Source of the DNA: Eubacteriales bacterium
GTDB taxonomy: Bacteria; Bacillota; Clostridia; Oscillospirales; CAG-272
Direction of reading: 5' to 3'
Assembly: GCA_045660125.1 (NCBI GenBank)
Contig: JAZRDG010000062.1
Span: 18,273 to 82,272, forward strand
Length of the DNA: 64,000 bases
Positions 1 to 9,342 of this stretch are shown here, one piece after another. A program made the translations under genes and the position numbers. The first letter of the stretch is position 1. Every line of letters starts with the position of its first letter. Below the pieces are notes generated by a model that was not told the origin of the DNA, did no database searches, and saw only the letters and a list, made by a program, of their open reading frames with translations.

Positions 1-1023
1 TCCTTTAATCTTAATACGATGTCGGGACTTGCGAAATTTGTTAAGAAAGTACTGCTCGGTACACTGATCATTGAGGGCATTGGGGCGCTACTCTACATGT
101 TCGTATTTGTTCCCGAATTTGGGGTAAAAGGCATATGGATATCGATATTCAATTCGGTTTCGGCATTTTGCAACGCCGGCATTGATATCATTGGAGAAAA
201 CAGTCTTTGCAATTACGCAACTAATCCGCTGATCAATATCGTTACCTCCGCGCTCATTATCCTTGGTGGACTTGGATATGTAGTATGGTGGGATGTACTT
301 CGCGTTTTAGCAAGCCGAACGAGAAAAAACAGGAAAATTTTCAGACACTTAACTCTGCATAGCAAGATCGCCATTACCGCAACAATCATGCTTATTGTTG
401 TGGGTGCGTTACTCATATTTGCTTTTGAGTATTCCAATTCGTTGACTATTGGAGATTTGTCGCTGTTTGATAAAATACAGGTGTCAATGTTCCAATCCAT
501 TACAACAAGAACCGCAGGATTTGCATCTGTTCCTCAAGAAAATTTGACTAACGCATCTTCTGCCGTATCGATCATATTGATGTTGATCGGCGGTTCTCCC
601 GTGGGAACGGCAGGAGGAATGAAAACCGTTACGATTGCTGTTTTGTTCTGCTCGGCATTTGCAACGATACGAAATAAAAACAGTGCATCTTTGTTTGGAC
701 GCCGTATATCAGAAGATTCGGTTAAAAGGGCTGTTGCAGTTGTCGTCACCTTTATTACGATCTGCGCATCCGCTACCGTTCTGCTGTTGGCAACAAGTAA
801 TGCTTCCATATTGGACGTGATTTATGAAACCGTCAGTGCAACGGCAACTGTCGGATTATCTCGAAATATGACGGCGAGCATGAACACGTTAGGGAAGCTC
901 ATTATCATTATCACGATGTATTTTGGCAGAGTTGGTCCGATATCTCTGGCGGTTGCTCTCGGAAGCAAAAACGAAAGCCAGAACGTAATATCCGAGCCAA
1001 TAGAAGATATCAGTATAGGTTAA
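1..1023 (+). CDS. ktrB: K+ transporter membrane subunit, KtrB/TrkH family (last ~340 codons; gene starts left of the window)
   Basis: The frame is open from nt 1 (SFNLNT precedes the Met listed at 19). It is a polytopic membrane protein with the repeated glycine pore loops of Trk/Ktr transporters (SAFCNAG, TTRTAGF, GGSPVGTAGGMKT, ATATVGLS). ktrA follows 11 nt downstream. Confidence 0.85.
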   Translation, partial: SFNLNTMSGLAKFVKKVLLGTLIIEGIGALLYMFVFVPEFGVKGIWISIFNSVSAFCNAGIDIIGENSLCNYATNPLINIVTSALIILGGLGYVVWWDVLRVLASRTRKNRKIFRHLTLHSKIAITATIMLIVVGALLIFAFEYSNSLTIGDLSLFDKIQVSMFQSITTRTAGFASVPQENLTNASSAVSIILMLIGGSPVGTAGGMKTVTIAVLFCSAFATIRNKNSASLFGRRISEDSVKRAVAVVVTFITICASATVLLLATSNASILDVIYETVSATATVGLSRNMTASMNTLGKLIIIITMYFGRVGPISLAVALGSKNESQNVISEPIEDISIG

Positions 1024-1034
1024 GGAGATAAATT

Positions 1035-1685
1035 ATGCAAAAGAAGAAAACGTATGCGGTCTTTGGACTTGGCAGATATGGTATTGCTGTAGCCAGAGAG
1101 CTTGTTGAGAATGGCATGGAGGTTATGGCGATCGATACCGATCAAAAGATTGTCAACGATGCAGCGGCGTACCTGCCTGTATGCAAGTGCGCTGACGTTA
1201 CCGATGCTGAGGTTATTTCGCGACTCGGGATCGGGAATATCGACACAGTTATTATTTGTATGGCAAGCAACCTTGAGGCGAGCGTAATGGCGGTGACTTT
1301 GTGTAAGGAAAACGGCGTTAAGACTGTGATTGCCAAATGCGCCAATGAAATGCATCAAAAGATTTTGCTTCGTGTCGGTGCGGACAGTGTTGTTTTCCCT
1401 GAAAATGAATCGGGTATCCGTCTTGCTAAGAATTTGCTAAGCTCCGGTTTTATCGATATGATCTCTTTGTCTAAGGACGTGTCAATGGTTGAGATTGATG
1501 TCAGGGAAGAATGGATTGGGAAAAATCTGATTGAGTTGAATTTGCGTAAAAAATACGGATTCAATATTGTTGCTGTAAAAAAGGGAAATAAGGTCAACGT
1601 AAATATTAATCCCGAACAGGTTCTTGATGCAGAGACAACGCTGATCGTTATTGCGAACACAGCAAAGCTTGGCAGGTTGAATTAA
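1035..1685 (+). CDS. ktrA: K+ uptake peripheral subunit KtrA (TrkA-N plus TrkA-C domains)
   Basis: ATG lies 7 nt after AAGGAG (1022-1027). It has the Rossmann motif FGLGRYG and an RCK C-terminal half, and sits directly after ktrB. Confidence 0.85.
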   Translation: MQKKKTYAVFGLGRYGIAVARELVENGMEVMAIDTDQKIVNDAAAYLPVCKCADVTDAEVISRLGIGNIDTVIICMASNLEASVMAVTLCKENGVKTVIAKCANEMHQKILLRVGADSVVFPENESGIRLAKNLLSSGFIDMISLSKDVSMVEIDVREEWIGKNLIELNLRKKYGFNIVAVKKGNKVNVNINPEQVLDAETTLIVIANTAKLGRLN

Positions 1686-1734
1686 CAACTTACTCAAGTA
1701 AGTAATTGATCGTCTTTACAGAGTATATAAAATG

Positions 1735-1778
1735 AAAAGCATTCTCGGACAGTGGAAATTCCGTCCGGGAATGCTTTT
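1735..1778. terminator. Bidirectional intrinsic terminator between convergent ktrA and trkH
   Basis: A 16-bp stem (AAAAGCATTCTCGGAC / GTCCGGGAATGCTTTT) with a 12-nt loop is flanked by an A-run and a T-run. Confidence 0.7.
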
Positions 1779-1791
1779 ATATTATGATGAT

Positions 1792-3231
1792 TTATCTCTT
1801 TTTCCATGCGTATGGGGAGAACAGAACCATCATAGGCACGAATTCAAGTCTGCCGAACAGCATGGAGAATGCCAGAATTAAGGTTGAAAAATCGGAAAAA
1901 GGCCCGAAGTTTCCAAATCCACCGAATTCTCCAAGAGCAGGGCCTATATTGTTAACGCAAGAGATAGCAGCAGTCAGATTGGTCTCTATACTCAATCCGT
2001 CGATAGAAATGACCAGCATAGTGACTATGGTAACTATAATATATACAGTCAAGTATCCGGTTGCGGAGCGAAGCGTTTCGTCGGGAATGACTTCACCGTC
2101 TATGCGTACGACGTTAACCGATCTCGGTCTGATCATGTGCTTGATCTCGCGAACAATATTTTTGGCAAGGATCATGATTCTCGAAATCTTAAGTCCTCCG
2201 CCTGTAGATCCCGCACATGCTCCGATCATCATCAGCATGACAATCACAGTCTTTGAGAGCACGGGCCATTCGTTGAATTCTGCAGTACAAAAGCCTGTTG
2301 TTGTGATGATAGACGAAACCTGGAAAAAGATAGTGCGTAAGCCGTATCCGAATGATTCAAACATCTGATATGTGTTAATCAATATAACGGCAACGGAAAT
2401 GATCACTACGCCAAGATACGCGCGTAGCTCTTCGCTTTTGAAAACATCCTTGATCTTACCGATCAGGATAAAGAAGAACAGATTGAAATTCACGCCGAAT
2501 ATCAGCATGAAAATGGCGATAATCCATTCAATAGCAGGGCTTTGATAACCGGCTATAGAGTTGTTGAGAACGGAAAAGCCTCCTGTGCCTGCGGTGGCGA
2601 AAGAGTTAACGATCGCGTCGTAAAGGGGCATCTTGCATAAGAGTAAGGCGATTACTTCCAAACAGGTAAGACCGATGTAGATGCCGTACAGGATCAGGGC
2701 AGTCTGTCGCATTTTGGGGACCAGCTTACCCTTGGTGGGGCCCGGTACCTCTGCTCGCATCAGGTGAATGGCTTCGCCGCCTGCGCTGGGCAGAATGGCA
2801 AGCATGAATACCAGTACTCCCATACCGCCGATCCAATGCGTAAAGCTGCGCCATAACAGTATGCCGCGCGGTAAATGCTCAACGGCAGGCAATACGGTAG
2901 CACCGGTGGTGGTAAATCCCGAAACGGTTTCAAAAAAAGCATCGATGGGATTTGAGATCGCGCCGCAGAATATGAAGGGCAGTGCGCCAAATATCGCCAT
3001 TAAGATCCAAGCTGCGCTGACACATACAAAGCCTTCTTTTGCATAGATCTGCGTATTTTTCGGCTTACATATCACAAAGGGAAGCGATATGGCAAGCAGC
3101 ATAGCGATCGTAACAATAAACGGCCATACGTTTTCTTGATAGATCAGAGCCACTGCTAAGGGCAACAGCAAAAGTATTGCTTCGATGAGCAAAATGCAGC
3201 CCAGCAGATATCGTAACATTCGGTAATTCAT
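1792..3231 (-). CDS. trkH: Trk-type K+ uptake membrane protein TrkH
   Basis: The 479-aa polytopic protein has TrkH-type repeated pore segments (TTTGATV, ATAGTGGFS, TTTGFCT, GSTGGGLK). Its start lies 1 nt after the trkA stop. Confidence 0.9.
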   Translation of the reverse strand: MNYRMLRYLLGCILLIEAILLLLPLAVALIYQENVWPFIVTIAMLLAISLPFVICKPKNTQIYAKEGFVCVSAAWILMAIFGALPFIFCGAISNPIDAFFETVSGFTTTGATVLPAVEHLPRGILLWRSFTHWIGGMGVLVFMLAILPSAGGEAIHLMRAEVPGPTKGKLVPKMRQTALILYGIYIGLTCLEVIALLLCKMPLYDAIVNSFATAGTGGFSVLNNSIAGYQSPAIEWIIAIFMLIFGVNFNLFFFILIGKIKDVFKSEELRAYLGVVIISVAVILINTYQMFESFGYGLRTIFFQVSSIITTTGFCTAEFNEWPVLSKTVIVMLMMIGACAGSTGGGLKISRIMILAKNIVREIKHMIRPRSVNVVRIDGEVIPDETLRSATGYLTVYIIVTIVTMLVISIDGLSIETNLTAAISCVNNIGPALGEFGGFGNFGPFSDFSTLILAFSMLFGRLEFVPMMVLFSPYAWKKR

Positions 3232-3232
3232 A

Positions 3233-4588
3233 TTATTTCATAATATCCTTTATCTCGTTGATTTCAACGCCTGCGGTAAACAGAATCACCGTATCGCCGC
3301 TTTCCATTTTGTCATTACCGGAGGGGATGACGATCTTGTCCTTGTGCACAATACAAGCGATCAATACGTCGCGTCTGAGCTTGAGCTGCTTAAGCGGAAT
3401 TCCGGTAATACCCTCAACGGGTGCTTTGATCACGCATTCAAGCGCTTCAAAGTTATCATCCATCAGTCTGTGCAAGGATTCAATTTCAATGTCCTTGGTC
3501 GCTTCAAGCGAGCGAACGTAATGCAAGATCTCGTTGGACGTAGAGGATTTGGGTGAAACGATACAATCAAGCCCCATACCCTTGAAAAGCTCTACGTATT
3601 GCATTGCGCTGATCAGCGTAATGATCTTTTTGGTGTTCTGCGATTTTGCATACAGGGAAACGATGGCGTTTTCCTCGTCCTGAGAGGACAGGGCAATAAA
3701 CGCGTCGGCGTTTGCAATGCCTTCCTCCTTGAGTACCGATTGGTTGGTGCCGTCTTCTCGGATGACGTTACAATCAAAACGCTCTGCAAGCTCGCGGCAG
3801 CGGTGCTTGTCCGATTCAATGACGGTTGCACGGATCTTGGTCTTTTGCAAAAAGTTGAGCAGATAATAGGTCATGCGGCCACCGCCAACGATCAAGACGT
3901 CTCTGACGGGATGCTTATATGCTCCGATCGCTTTGAAGAAGTGCGTCATTTCCTCGTCGTGTGCGGTCAGACAAATGCGGTCTCCTTCGGCAAGGATAAA
4001 ATCACCCTTAGGGATATATGCGCGATCCTGACGCAGAACGCCGCAAATCAGATAACGCAAATTCAGCTTTGTATGCAGCTGTGCCAGCGTCATGCCGGAC
4101 AGGGGAGAATTCTTACCGATAACAAACTCAGCCATTTCCACTCTGCCGTGATAGCAGGTATCCACCTTAGCAGCAAAGGGGAAACGCAGCATACGGGAGA
4201 TCTCCTTTGCAACCGCAAGCTCGGGATTGATCGTCAGGGAGAGGTTAAGATCATTCTTGACCATCTGCATCAGCTCGCCGTATTCGGGATTACGTACTCT
4301 TGCTATGGTATGCTTAGTGCCCAGGTGCTTGGCACATGCGCAGCAAAGAATATTCAACTCGTCCTGGTCGGTCACGGCAATCAGCAAATCTGCTTTGTCA
4401 GCGCCTGCTTTTTTGAGTGCGGAAACAGACGCACCGTTACCCTGTACGCCAATTACGTCATATTTATTGCTCATTTCCGTTACGACTGCCAGATTTTGAT
4501 CGACAAGCGTAATATTATGATCCTCTTGGGCAAGTCTGCTGCAAATCACAGTACCTACAGTGCCAGAGCCTACGATAATAATTTTCAT
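3233..4588 (-). CDS. trkA: Trk system NAD-binding subunit TrkA (duplicated TrkA-N/TrkA-C)
   Basis: It has two Rossmann motifs (IVGSGTVG, IVGGGRMT), each followed by an RCK-C domain. The track start at 4594 is a TTG, so I moved the start to ATG 4588, which sits 8 nt after GGAG. Confidence 0.9.
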   Translation of the reverse strand: MKIIIVGSGTVGTVICSRLAQEDHNITLVDQNLAVVTEMSNKYDVIGVQGNGASVSALKKAGADKADLLIAVTDQDELNILCCACAKHLGTKHTIARVRNPEYGELMQMVKNDLNLSLTINPELAVAKEISRMLRFPFAAKVDTCYHGRVEMAEFVIGKNSPLSGMTLAQLHTKLNLRYLICGVLRQDRAYIPKGDFILAEGDRICLTAHDEEMTHFFKAIGAYKHPVRDVLIVGGGRMTYYLLNFLQKTKIRATVIESDKHRCRELAERFDCNVIREDGTNQSVLKEEGIANADAFIALSSQDEENAIVSLYAKSQNTKKIITLISAMQYVELFKGMGLDCIVSPKSSTSNEILHYVRSLEATKDIEIESLHRLMDDNFEALECVIKAPVEGITGIPLKQLKLRRDVLIACIVHKDKIVIPSGNDKMESGDTVILFTAGVEINEIKDIMK

Positions 4589-4623
4589 AATCAAACTCCG
4601 TTCAGAATTTTACATATAAAATG

Positions 4624-4652
4624 ATTATAACATATTATATGAAATATTGCAA
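4624..4652 (-). promoter_or_regulatory. Sigma-A-type promoter of trkA-trkH
   Basis: The minus strand reads TTGCAA-17 nt-TATAAT, leaving a 35-nt leader to ATG 4588. Confidence 0.55.
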
Positions 4653-4668
4653 GAGTTTTAGAAAAATC

Positions 4669-4697
4669 TTGACAGAAAGGCAAAAAAGTGGTATAGT
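4669..4697 (+). promoter_or_regulatory. Sigma-A-type promoter of the GH109-like gene
   Basis: The sequence reads TTGACA-17 nt-TATAGT, 30 nt before the ATG. Confidence 0.55.
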
Positions 4698-4727
4698 GTT
4701 AGGGTAATAATCAATCGGAGGTCAGAC

Positions 4728-5927
4728 ATGGAAAAGGTTAAGGTTGCGGTGATCGGTCTTGGTTGCCGTGGATATTATTTGCTTCAGAATTGTCTTTTGG
4801 AAATGGATAATATGTGTATTACGGCAGTTTGTGATACATATGAGGACAGAGTGCAAAGTGCTGTGGATGTAATCGTAGGTCGCGGAAAGCCTGCACCATT
4901 TGCAACTACGGATTGGCATGCAGCATTGGATAAGAACTTAGCAGATGCTGTTCTGATCCTTTCCTCTTGGGAATCTCACGTGCCGATCGCTATTGAAGCA
5001 ATGGAAAAGGGCATTGCCGTCGGTATGGAGGTTGGCGGTGCATATTCGCTTGACCAATGCTGGGATATGGTGCGCGCCTATGAGCGAACCGGTACACCGT
5101 TTATGTTCCTTGAAAACTGCTGCTACGGCAGAATTGAAATGATGGTCATGAATATGGTCAAGCAGGGCTTGTTCGGTGAGATCGTGCATTGCGAGGGTGG
5201 CTATTGCCATGATCTGCGCGATGAGATCGCGTACGGTAAGGAGAACAGACACTACAGACTCCGTAACTATCTGCACAGAAACTGTGAGAATTATCCCACG
5301 CATGAGCTGGGACCCATTGCACAAATTCTCGGTATCAATAGAGGAAACAGATTTTTGTCGCTTGTTTCCGTGGCAAGTAAGTCGCGCGGCATGAACGAAT
5401 ATGCAAAGCAGAACGCGAACGTGAACCCCGCGCTGCAGACTGCAAGCTTTGCTCAGGGCGACGTAGTCACTACGATCATCAAGTGCGCGAACGGTGAGAC
5501 CATCATGCTCAGCCTGGATACCACCTTGCCCAGAGCCTACAGCCGCAGATTTACCGTGCGCGGTACGCTGGGAATGTACATGGAGGATAACAACTCGATT
5601 TACTTGGATTCCGATTTTACTCCCGCTGACCATTGGAATTGGTCCGTACAGTGGAACAACGCAGAAAAATACCTTGAAAAATACGAGCATCCCGTATGGG
5701 AGAAGTACCTCAAGGAAGGCCTTCGCGGCGGTCACGGCGGCATGGACGGATTGGTATACGATGCGTTCATTGAATCCGTACGCAACGGCACGCCTTGTCC
5801 CATTGACGTATACGATGCAGCTGCATGGATGGCGGTCACGCCGCTTTCCGAGATTTCCATCGCCAAGGGCGGTGCTCCCGTAGATTTCCCGGATTTCACC
5901 AACGGTGCTTTCTGCGAAAGAGAATAA
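4728..5927 (+). CDS. Gfo/Idh/MocA-family NAD-dependent oxidoreductase, GH109-like (possible NAD-dependent glycosidase)
   Basis: It has an N-terminal Rossmann motif (VAVIGLGCRG) and a ~400-aa layout. The NYPTHELGPIAQILGINRGNRF block resembles what I recall from GH109-type proteins. There is no signal peptide. GGAGG lies 7 nt upstream, and the gene has its own promoter and terminator. Confidence 0.7.
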   Translation: MEKVKVAVIGLGCRGYYLLQNCLLEMDNMCITAVCDTYEDRVQSAVDVIVGRGKPAPFATTDWHAALDKNLADAVLILSSWESHVPIAIEAMEKGIAVGMEVGGAYSLDQCWDMVRAYERTGTPFMFLENCCYGRIEMMVMNMVKQGLFGEIVHCEGGYCHDLRDEIAYGKENRHYRLRNYLHRNCENYPTHELGPIAQILGINRGNRFLSLVSVASKSRGMNEYAKQNANVNPALQTASFAQGDVVTTIIKCANGETIMLSLDTTLPRAYSRRFTVRGTLGMYMEDNNSIYLDSDFTPADHWNWSVQWNNAEKYLEKYEHPVWEKYLKEGLRGGHGGMDGLVYDAFIESVRNGTPCPIDVYDAAAWMAVTPLSEISIAKGGAPVDFPDFTNGAFCERE

Positions 5928-5940
5928 CGATCACTAAAAT

Positions 5941-5971
5941 AAAACCGCGACGGTATTTCCGTCGCGGTTTT
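5941..5971. terminator. Bidirectional intrinsic terminator between the GH109-like gene and hisIE
   Basis: The sequence AAAACCGCGACGG-tattt-CCGTCGCGGTTTT forms a 13-bp stem. Confidence 0.75.
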
Positions 5972-5976
5972 GTGAT

Positions 5977-6624
5977 TTACTTCATTTTTTCTTGCTTGAC
6001 CTTGTGGTCAATGATGTGTCTGGAAGCAAGCTCAGCCTTGACCTCGTCCACCGAAATGCCCATTTCGTTCATCATGACCATAACGTGATAAGCAAGGTCT
6101 GCAATTTCGTAGATCGCCTCTGCCTTGTCCTGATTCTTACCAGCGATAATGACCTCGGTGCATTCCTCGCCTATCTTTTTGAGAATCTTATCCATGCCCT
6201 TGGCGAACAGATAGGTGGTATAGGAGCCCTCGGGCATCTTTTCGCGTCTGTCTGCAAGCAGTGCTTCAAGTGTTTTCATAGAGAAGGGCTGCTCGGTGCC
6301 GCTTGTGTAAAGCAGATCGTTAAAGCAGGTCTCGGCTCCGGTATGACATGCAGGACCGTCCTTGTTGACAAGCACGGTCAGCGTATCTCTGTCACAATCC
6401 GCCTTGATAGCAAGCACGTGCTGGCGGTTGCCCGAAGTCTCACCCTTTCTCCAAAGGCTTTGGCGCGAGCGCGACCAAAAGCAGGTCGTGCCTTCGTCCA
6501 TAGTGATCTGCAGGCTCTGGGCGTTCATATAAGCAAGCATGAGCACCTTGCAGTCGGCTGCATCCACCACGATAGCGGGGATCAGTCCGTTTTGATCAAA
6601 TTTCAAATCCTTTATTTCCAACAT
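5977..6624 (-). CDS. hisIE: Bifunctional phosphoribosyl-AMP cyclohydrolase / phosphoribosyl-ATP pyrophosphatase
   Basis: The N-terminal half is HisI-like (GLIPAIVVD, WSRSRQSLWRKGETSGN). The C-terminal half is HisE/MazG-like (LEALLADRR, YTTYLF). It is the last gene of the his operon. Confidence 0.93.
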   Translation of the reverse strand: MLEIKDLKFDQNGLIPAIVVDAADCKVLMLAYMNAQSLQITMDEGTTCFWSRSRQSLWRKGETSGNRQHVLAIKADCDRDTLTVLVNKDGPACHTGAETCFNDLLYTSGTEQPFSMKTLEALLADRREKMPEGSYTTYLFAKGMDKILKKIGEECTEVIIAGKNQDKAEAIYEIADLAYHVMVMMNEMGISVDEVKAELASRHIIDHKVKQEKMK

Positions 6625-6625
6625 A

Positions 6626-7384
6626 TCATAACCTCACTGTAATCCCTTGCTCGGCAAGCTGGGCCTTGAGCGAGGGAATTTTGATTTCTCCGAAATGGAA
6701 CACCGATGCAGCAAGTCCTGCATCCACGCCCGGTACAGACTCAAACAGGGTAATGAAATCCTGCACGCTGCCCGCGCCACCAGATGCGATGACGGGGATA
6801 TTGACCGTATTACATACGGCTTGCAGCATTTCAAGGTCAAAGCCTTGCTTGACACCGTCTGTATCGATTGAATTGACAACGATCTCGCCAGCGCCGTTTT
6901 GCTCGGCACGCTTGATCCATTCCAGCGCCTCAATGCCGGTATCTTCGCGTCCGCCCTTGGCAAAGATGCGGAAGCCGCCGTTCACGCGCTTGATATCAGC
7001 CGAGAGCACAACGCATTGGCTGCCGTATTTTCTTGCTGCTTCGTAGATCAGATCGGGATTTTTGATCGCACCCGAATTAACGCTGACCTTATCCGCACCG
7101 CATGCAAGTACTCTCTCGAAATCCGAAAGGGCATTGATGCCGCCACCTACCGTAAGGGGGATAAAAACCTCTCTGGCGGTCTCTGTCAAAATATCGGTAA
7201 ACAATGCGCGATCTGCAGCAGATGCTGCGATATCGTAAAAAACAAGCTCGTCAGCACCATTGTCGCTATAGTATTTGGCAAGCTCTATGGGGGAGTTGAC
7301 GTCACGAAGTCCTGCAAAGTTGACACCCTTGACCACTCTGCCGTCCTTAACGTCCAGACAGGGAATGATGCGTTTGGTGATCAT
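6626..7384 (-). CDS. hisF: Imidazole glycerol phosphate synthase cyclase subunit
   Basis: It carries HisF signature segments: RIIPCLDVKDGRVVKG, DELVFYDI, TVGGGI and ASGGAG. Confidence 0.95.
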   Translation of the reverse strand: MITKRIIPCLDVKDGRVVKGVNFAGLRDVNSPIELAKYYSDNGADELVFYDIAASAADRALFTDILTETAREVFIPLTVGGGINALSDFERVLACGADKVSVNSGAIKNPDLIYEAARKYGSQCVVLSADIKRVNGGFRIFAKGGREDTGIEALEWIKRAEQNGAGEIVVNSIDTDGVKQGFDLEMLQAVCNTVNIPVIASGGAGSVQDFITLFESVPGVDAGLAASVFHFGEIKIPSLKAQLAEQGITVRL

Positions 7385-8100
7385 TGTGCCACCTCCTGCA
7401 AAGCATCTGCAAGATCAAGCGCACCCGTGTAGAGAGCCTTGCCAAGAATCGCGCCGTACATGTGCATTTGCGCCAGTGTCTTGACTGTTTCAATATCCGA
7501 AATGCCGCCGGACGCGGTAAAGCACATTTGCGGAAACTCGGATTGCAGCGACTCGTAAAGCGCGCGGTTTGTGCCGCCCATGACGCCGTCCTTGGAAATG
7601 TCGGTACAAATGATCACGCGCACGCCGATCTCTTGCATGGAGCGAATGAACTCTGCGCCGCTGACGTTGGACGTTTCAAGCCATCCGTGCGTTGCCACCA
7701 TGCCGTCGCGCAGGTCTGCACCAACCGCGATTTTGTCACCGTACGTAGCAACCGCCAGCTTCAAAAATGCGGGATCTGTCAGCGCAGCGGTGCCAAGAAT
7801 AACACGGAACGCGCCTGCGCTTAAGTATTTTTCAACCGTTTGCATGTCGCGGATGCCGCCGCCGATCTCAACCTTTAACGAGGTTGAGCCGATGATCGCG
7901 GCTACGGTATCAAAATTGGGAGTTGAGCCGTCGCGCGCACCCTCCAAGTCAACCACGTGCAAATGCGTAGCACCCGCATCCTCGAAGGATTGGGCAACGC
8001 TGACGGGATGATCGCTGTATACTGTCATTTGTGCGTAATCGCCCTTGGTCAAGCGTACCGCCTTGCCGCCGATGAGGTCAATAGCAGGGAAAAGAATCAT
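7381..8100 (-). CDS. hisA: ProFAR isomerase
   Basis: It has ILFPAIDLIGGKAVRL and EIGGGIR motifs. Its stop overlaps the hisF start by 4 nt. Confidence 0.95.
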   Translation of the reverse strand: MILFPAIDLIGGKAVRLTKGDYAQMTVYSDHPVSVAQSFEDAGATHLHVVDLEGARDGSTPNFDTVAAIIGSTSLKVEIGGGIRDMQTVEKYLSAGAFRVILGTAALTDPAFLKLAVATYGDKIAVGADLRDGMVATHGWLETSNVSGAEFIRSMQEIGVRVIICTDISKDGVMGGTNRALYESLQSEFPQMCFTASGGISDIETVKTLAQMHMYGAILGKALYTGALDLADALQEVAQ

Positions 8101-8102
8101 GA

Positions 8103-8744
8103 TTATATAACCTCCTTGGTGGAACTAGGGCAAAATTCTGCAAAAGCGCGCAAAATGGCAAGTCCTACGCGTCCGCTTTTTTCGGGGTGGAACTGCGTGC
8201 CGCAAACGTTTTCGCGACAAGCGGCTGCCGTCAACAGTGTGCCGTAATCTGTCAGGGCACTGACGGATTGATCGCAATCCATAGCAGCGTAGGAGTGCAC
8301 GAAATACACGTAATCTCCCTCGTTTACGTATTTGAATATGGGATGCTTGGGCTTGTCTTTGGGGAATATCAGTGCGTTCCAGCCCATTTGCGGAGTTTTG
8401 AGATCTCCTATCAAAGGGGCAATGGGGCGAACCGCACCCGGGATCAAGCCAAGCCCTTGGTGCTCACCGAATTCATAGCTTTTATCAAACAACATCTGCA
8501 TGCCAAGGCAAATGCCCAGGATCGGTGTGCCATCGGCTGCCTTTTGCTTAACCAATGCGTCAAGCCCGCTGTCTTTAAGCTTTTTTGCGGCATCCTCGAA
8601 GGCTCCCACACCGGGCAGCACGATTTTCTCGGCTGCCAGAATTGTATCAGCGTCAGAAGTGATCTGTACCTGCTCGCCTATCTTCTCAAACGAGCACGCA
8701 AGGGAAAACAAATTTCCCACGCCGTAATCGATTATCGTGATCAT
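8103..8744 (-). CDS. hisH: Imidazole glycerol phosphate synthase glutaminase subunit
   Basis: It is a class-I glutamine amidotransferase with IIDYGVGNLFS, a GICLGMQ nucleophile elbow and FHPEKS. Confidence 0.95.
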   Translation of the reverse strand: MITIIDYGVGNLFSLACSFEKIGEQVQITSDADTILAAEKIVLPGVGAFEDAAKKLKDSGLDALVKQKAADGTPILGICLGMQMLFDKSYEFGEHQGLGLIPGAVRPIAPLIGDLKTPQMGWNALIFPKDKPKHPIFKYVNEGDYVYFVHSYAAMDCDQSVSALTDYGTLLTAAACRENVCGTQFHPEKSGRVGLAILRAFAEFCPSSTKEVI

Positions 8745-9328
8745 AAAACACCCTTAGTAGAAGGAAGTTGGTCTGCTTTTGCAGGATCAATGGCACATGC
8801 CTTTGCAAGCACGCGCGCAACTGCCTTGAACTCTGCCTCAATGATGTGGTGCGAGTTCTTGCCCGCAAGCATTTGCATATGCAGGGTAAGACTTGCGTGA
8901 CGAACAAACGCCAGCCAGAACTCCTCGGCAAGCTCGGTATCAAAGTCGCCCACGCGTGCAGCAGGGATCTGTACGCTGTAATTCAAATAGGGGCGTCCCG
9001 ATATATCCACAGCGCAAAGCATGAGCGCTTCGTCCATGGGAAGAATGATGTCGCCGTATCTGTAAATGCCCTTGCAATCACCAAGCGCCTTTGCAAACGC
9101 CTGACCAAGGCAAATGCCGATATCCTCGGCAGTGTGATGAAAATCTACCTCGCTGTCACCCTTGCAGGTAAGCGTCAGATCAAAGCTGCCGTGCTTTGCA
9201 AAAAGCGTCAGCATGTGTGCCAAAAAGCCACAGTCGGTACTGATCTGCGCCTGTCCTTTGCCGTCTAAATTCAATGTGAGTGTAATATCCGTTTCATTGG
9301 TTTTTCTGTTGATCTCACACGTTCTCAT
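8741..9328 (-). CDS. hisB: Imidazoleglycerol-phosphate dehydratase
   Basis: It has IGPD motifs (RKTNETDI, HHTAEDIGI, HHIIEA). The track start at 9346 is a TTG, so I moved the start to ATG 9328, behind GAAAGGAA. Confidence 0.93.
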   Translation of the reverse strand: MRTCEINRKTNETDITLTLNLDGKGQAQISTDCGFLAHMLTLFAKHGSFDLTLTCKGDSEVDFHHTAEDIGICLGQAFAKALGDCKGIYRYGDIILPMDEALMLCAVDISGRPYLNYSVQIPAARVGDFDTELAEEFWLAFVRHASLTLHMQMLAGKNSHHIIEAEFKAVARVLAKACAIDPAKADQLPSTKGVL

Positions 9329-9342
9329 AGTATTCGTTCCTT

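Noticed and set aside
4589-4727. I considered a c-di-AMP (ydaO-class) riboswitch upstream of trkA.
   Set aside because: The 139-nt divergent region is fully accounted for by two promoters and two short leaders. No conserved riboswitch helices were seen.
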